A stretch of DNA of 56,576 bases, filler included, from Trichosphaerium sp. ATCC 40318 (lineage: Eukaryota > Protista > Tubulinea), in NCBI GenBank assembly GCA_038496445.1. It is 3 parts of 3 records of this genome, joined end to end, with 100 filler letters (N's around TTAATTAATTAA, not from the genome) between each part and the next. Parts side by side here need not be neighbours in the genome. Positions count along the whole stretch, not along the records: positions 39,603 to 56,576 come from JALMLS010000542.1; 2 more parts are not named here. One strand, given 5' to 3'. The notes below the pieces were generated by a model. It worked only from the letters and a program-made list of their open reading frames with translations. It did not search any database and was not told the origin of the DNA. The position numbers were made by a program, and so were the translations under genes. Of this stretch, positions 51,774 to 56,576 are shown piece by piece; the first letter of the stretch is position 1, and every line of letters begins with the position of its first letter.

Positions 51774-54351
51774 TCATTTTACATTGTCACAATCTAAGTA
51801 TTCTTTTCCTTTAGTGTCCAACAGAGGCATAACTCCTTCTGGCACGTGAAGGTTCAAATCAGGCCTGGAAAAACAGAAAAGTATTAGAAATTTGGTTTCT
51901 CAACACCCACGTTATTACTCATACCTGTAATGAGCTATCGTTGATTTTAGGGTATCAACATCTCCTTCTTTCCACCAATAAGGAATAGGAACCACAGAGA
52001 TACCTGTATTTATGGTTATAGCTGTTGTTTTTTACTTTGTTTTTCACTCCAAAAAAAAAAGTGCACAACGTACCTGCGGCTGCCAATAGTTTTTTCTTTT
52101 CTTTATCCCGTGTCGATTGAGCTTGGGATGATCCAAAGTAGTAGATATTTTTCCGTTCAAAGTGGTGAGGTCCTGTTGTTTGTTAGAATCAAAGCAGAAG
52201 GTATACTTGAAGTAAAAATGTACCTTGATATTCAACCACTAGCCTAATAGAAGGTATATACACGTCAACAACGATCCTAAGATAAGGAGTAGGTGCTATG
52301 TTTGAAATGGAGTAATCTTCTAATATCTCTTCTTCAGGGAAAACCTCTTCAAGATTCATGCGCATAGCTCTGTAAACCTGTTAAACTGAAAGAAGAATAT
52401 AAAAAAGACTAAAATAAATTGTGCAAGAGATCTCACTCATAAAAGTGAAATGGTAGCCACTGCGATACACATGGATAAACGGCGTTTGAATGAATGAATG
52501 GCATGTGATATTTTTAATATTGATTTGTTTTGAAGGTATACCTTTGTGACGCTCTTTTTGACTTTAGTTTAAATTGACTTTTGTCAAATTTAAACTCAGG
52601 GTGTATCAACGATAGACAATCAGGAAACTTTGATATAATACCCCCACCGTCATTAGCTAATAATTGAGGTATAGACACGCGATACCAGTCTTCTGGTTTT
52701 ACCATATTTAGCTTAACAGACATATCTAAGAAAAAAATAAGAAACAACTTTTGTATTGGGTTGTACCCTTAAGGAAATTCTTGATGTTTTCGTCTTTAGT
52801 CCAAAAACCATGCTTACGCCTATGATCTATTTTAATTACAGAATAAAGTTTAATAGAAGATACCTTGGCTTCAAGAAAGCTTCAGATTTATTTGGAAATT
52901 TTTGCATATCCCAATCATATTCGGGATGCAACAGCGTAAGGCAGTGAGGATAGTGATGCCCAAGTATTTGCTTACGCATTAAACCAGTACCTCCTAACCT
53001 TCCTATCTTTCGTCCAGATACGCCATACCACTCAGATGGATCTTTAATACCCAACTGTTCTTCAACATCTTCAAACGAGTATTAGAAACAAAGAAGATTG
53101 CACTCGAGTTTTGTTGTTATCTGTGGTAGGGCGTACACTTTAAAAACTCTTTGACCACGTTATCATCAGTCCATATACGAGCTTGAGCTTTTCTGCATAC
53201 AAATTATACAGGCAATAGTACTAGAAACCAACGTACACAAACTTCCAAGCATACCATGTTTTTTCCGGATAAATGGCCTTTAGAGCTTTGTAGAGACTAC
53301 CATCATACACCCTACAGCGTTGATATTTTAGCATAAACTAACGATGCCATGGGGTGACTGTAATTCTTACGTTTGAATGATAGATGCTCCACCCTTTCTG
53401 ACAACTTCAATTCTTCGTGTGTTGTACCAACAATCAAGACTATCATGATTCAATTTCTTTGCTATTTTGTCGAAGAGCTGCCTTTGTAATGCCAGACTTA
53501 TCCAAGATCCTTTGTTTTTCTTCATGTTTTCTCTTGGAAAATACCTAGTATTTGTCAAGGCTTATGTTGATGAAAGAAAGAAAAATGAAGCGATTGAGCA
53601 ACCACAAAAAAAACAAGTACGTTACAAAATTGCCCTCTTGCCAATCATGGTCAGGATATAAGGCTGTTATTGTCTTTATCCTTCCTCCGTATCGGCTGTT
53701 ACATATTAGTTTGTAAGAGTCTATAATGTGGAGTAGATAGTAATCGAAGATTACAAAAGAAGAGCAAAAAAAATAACTTACTCCAAAATGTTTTTGCCGA
53801 TGCCTTCCCCTATAAGATCAACACGATACCAATCATCCAAAATCATGATACCTACATTCCTTGCCACTCTATCAAAATATTCAAGGTACATGGAAGGCCC
53901 TGTACGATCGCCAGTACTGATGTTAAAGTAAATAACTCATTCACTGTCCAACACGCTTCAAAATGTACCCTTTGAACCTGCTTTCATCCCATTTATAATC
54001 AGGGTATACAGCCTTCAGGCAAGACAGACGCGAGAAACCCCAAGATGAGAATAAGCGAGAAAAACGTTCAACAAAACAAAATAAAAAAGAATACCTTTCT
54101 AAAACAGCTCTAGCACCAGCGGCCCTCCATTGTGCGTAGGTGGTGTCATAAAAGTCGTCACAGCACTTAATATTGAGCTTTGTGGCAAGCACGCTTTCAA
54201 CCATGTGGTGCATGTTGTGTATTGAGTCCCAGTGACCTACTGGCTTCCGTTTTGGCCGTTTTTCGGTATTCTGAACCGTTTTGTTTAATAATCTAGCATC
54301 CACTGACTTCAGGCCTTTCTTAGCGACTGCGCTCATGTGTAATGTTGACAC
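51774..54351 (-). CDS. Tandem ~65-aa repeat protein with C-terminal RAP/DUF559-like PD-(D/E)XK domain, probably organellar (start uncertain)
   Basis: About five repeats of W(Y)xV...GG.g++..y....L..++P+y.W. C-terminus VDVYIPSIRLVVEYQG|PHHF...RDKEKKKLL|GISVVPIPYWW. Confidence 0.75.
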
Positions 54352-54564
54352 GAGAGTTTTCTTCCTCTATAACCACTATGGTACTTTCCTAGCGCGCTTT
54401 TGTTGGCATTTAATGCCTTTTTAGCGCTCTGTAGTTATTTTCATTATTTTGCTGTACAGAGTTCGCTACTGGCTTTTAATACTATTATGGTCGCGCGTGA
54501 GTTGTTTATCTTGATGTTAGAGATAAGTAAAGTGCGTTGAACTTAAGTTGAAGCAACAATCACG

Positions 54565-56576
54565 ATGGCAATGATGCGAGGCTTCCGGCCTTTTTGCTGC
54601 GCCAGTGCGAGAAATGTCAAAGCGTGTAGAACAAATCAAGGCGCTAGACAACGAATTGGCCCAATGTGCACATCTGCGCTGCGTAAATACTCATTAGATG
54701 CTAATATGGCGGTGGAAGTAGATGATCGGTCTTCGTTTTCAGAGTGGATGGCATTGCCAACTGACAGGGTCGTAGAAGGTAAAGCAACCACTGTGGATCA
54801 TTTATAAATCATTTCCCACGCATTTTTCTGAACTTACTGTCAAAACGATTATTGTAGTTTCCTACGCACTAAAAAGCTCTTGGAATCGTTTGTATTAACT
54901 ATTCATCAGATAAAAAAGAGCTCTACGAAAAAGACAAAACAGACCCTGACATTGGTCCTAATATAGCCTACATGAGACATATGCCCCGGTTAGGTGATTT
55001 CGAGTTCGCTAAAGAAGAACACGACAAAATAAGAAGAAGTCGCGTCAAACTCCAACCAAAGTCTTATGGTACACTAATGGCGTTGGCACCAACTATGGAT
55101 GATGCAAAGGAAGTATACATAGCTCATAAAATCGATCGTAAGCATAGTTATACGCTAAACAAAAAAAACATTTTCCTTTTTTCGAAACCTGTTGACACCT
55201 CTATACACTTTCTGTGTAGCTCAATTAAACGATTATATAGGAGTAAGAATGAGTGAGTATACGTTTAACGTATTCATTGATAAATGTGGGGAGCATAATG
55301 AGCTTGATTTGGCTTTACGTCAATTGGATACAATGAATAAAAATAGAGTCAAACCAACATACCGTACCTATGCTGCATTGATTAGAACGTGTGGTAAACT
55401 TGGTGAACTAACAAAAGCAAAAGAATTTTATCGTAATATGATAAACAAGGATCGTGGTACATCTGTGATTGCGGTACGTTGAAACATCTTTGTAACTTAT
55501 TTTTTCTTATTTTATTCTTATTTAACGTTTTCCTCTTTTCGATCGTTTTCGGATTTACTGTTTAAAAATTATCTCATTCTTTATTTGTAGGAGGCTTATG
55601 GGTGTATGATTGAAGCTTGTGCGAACTGTGGTGACTTTAAAGAAGCTTTTAATCTGTATAATGATATGGAAAAAAAGATTTTAAAATAAGCGATAAGGTT
55701 TATTTAGCACTCATAAAAGTATGTTGTATTCATCTTGAGATTGATAGAGCATTTGTTATATTCAATGCTAATGAAAAACGTATTGGTTTTGATACACGTG
55801 GCGAAATATATAACACATTAATCCATGGTTGCTTAAAGGCAGGAGACGCAACAAGAGCTTGGGCAACTTTTAATGAAATGGAAAGTATGTATGATGAAGC
55901 GACTCCTAGCACTTTTGTAGCTCTTGCAAAAGGTATAAAGACAAAGAAAGAGATGCTAGAGATAGTAGATATGCTTGAAGAAAGAGACTTAGAAGTACCC
56001 GGTCATTGCTTTTCAGATTTCATTGAAAGTTTTGGTAAAACTCAAAGCGCTCAAGGACTTGATGAGGCATCAAGTGTTTTTGAGTCTCTAAAGTCTGTTA
56101 TATCGACAAATAGTGCGGATGTTTATAATAGCTTTATGAGGACGTGTACAGCATGTATGCAACCTGCTAGAGCTCAGTTTGTATATAAGGAAATGGTAGA
56201 CGGAGGGATCTCACCGACAACTGACACTTTTGAAATTTTAGTTGACGCTCATTGTCATAGTGGGTACGCCACACATTTTTGGTTTTTTTTGTTCAGCAAC
56301 AATGTAGTTTGTTATACTATTGTCTGCCAGTGCTAGTAATGATTTTTAGAACAAAAAATAGTAGAGGTTCTCGGTGACTTATGATTCTTTTTTATTTTAG
56401 GAATATTGATTTTGCTTTTAAACAGTTTGAAGAAATGAGAAAAACAAAGGATCTTGAGCCAACTGCTGAAATGTTATCAACTATTTTACCTTTTTGTTAT
56501 AATACAGACTTTAAGGAGAAGTTTATAGAAGTTTCAACGGTTTTTTTAAGGTACGCCTTCATAGATATCAAAAAAC
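54565..56576 (+). CDS. Pentatricopeptide-repeat protein with mitochondrial-targeting-like N-terminus (runs off the window)
   Basis: PPR motifs YTFNVFIDKCGE..., PTYRTYAALIRTCGKLGELTKAKEFYRNM, VYNSFMRTC..., PTTDTFEILVDAHCHSG. R/A-rich N-terminus. Confidence 0.92.

Overview
AT-rich eukaryotic nuclear DNA with many short (~40-60 nt) spliceosomal introns, so the ORF track fragments most genes. Gene content suggests an amoeboid protist (inference only). The window is three contigs joined by two artificial N44-TTAATTAATTAA-N44 linkers (24089-24188, 39503-39602). Core genes: SKP1, a PIF1 helicase, a LYR protein, a CYP86/704/52-like P450, a PPR protein head-to-head with a repeat+RAP protein, a truncated UTP13/TBL3, and a secreted M12B protease with a ricin-B domain. 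Between them is an accessory set of repeat-domain, conflict-type genes: two F-box-MORN paralogues (one split by a 5'-truncated L1-like insertion with a 16-bp TSD), an F-box-LRR gene plus a relic, a STAND/Crinkler-like NTPase with exon-modular Ubl-like repeats, and a decayed His-Cys box nuclease. There is also an apparently intact intron-rich MULE with an 11-bp TSD. The most striking item is an ankyrin-PARP/ART gene (35588->32070). Each of its ankyrin repeats is one 99-nt symmetric exon in a 139-bp exon+intron tandem unit, and variation is concentrated at ligand-binding positions. Further copies of the gene's 3' end lie at both ends of the same contig. It is a candidate diversifying sensor-effector immune receptor family. 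All exon models were built by eye.
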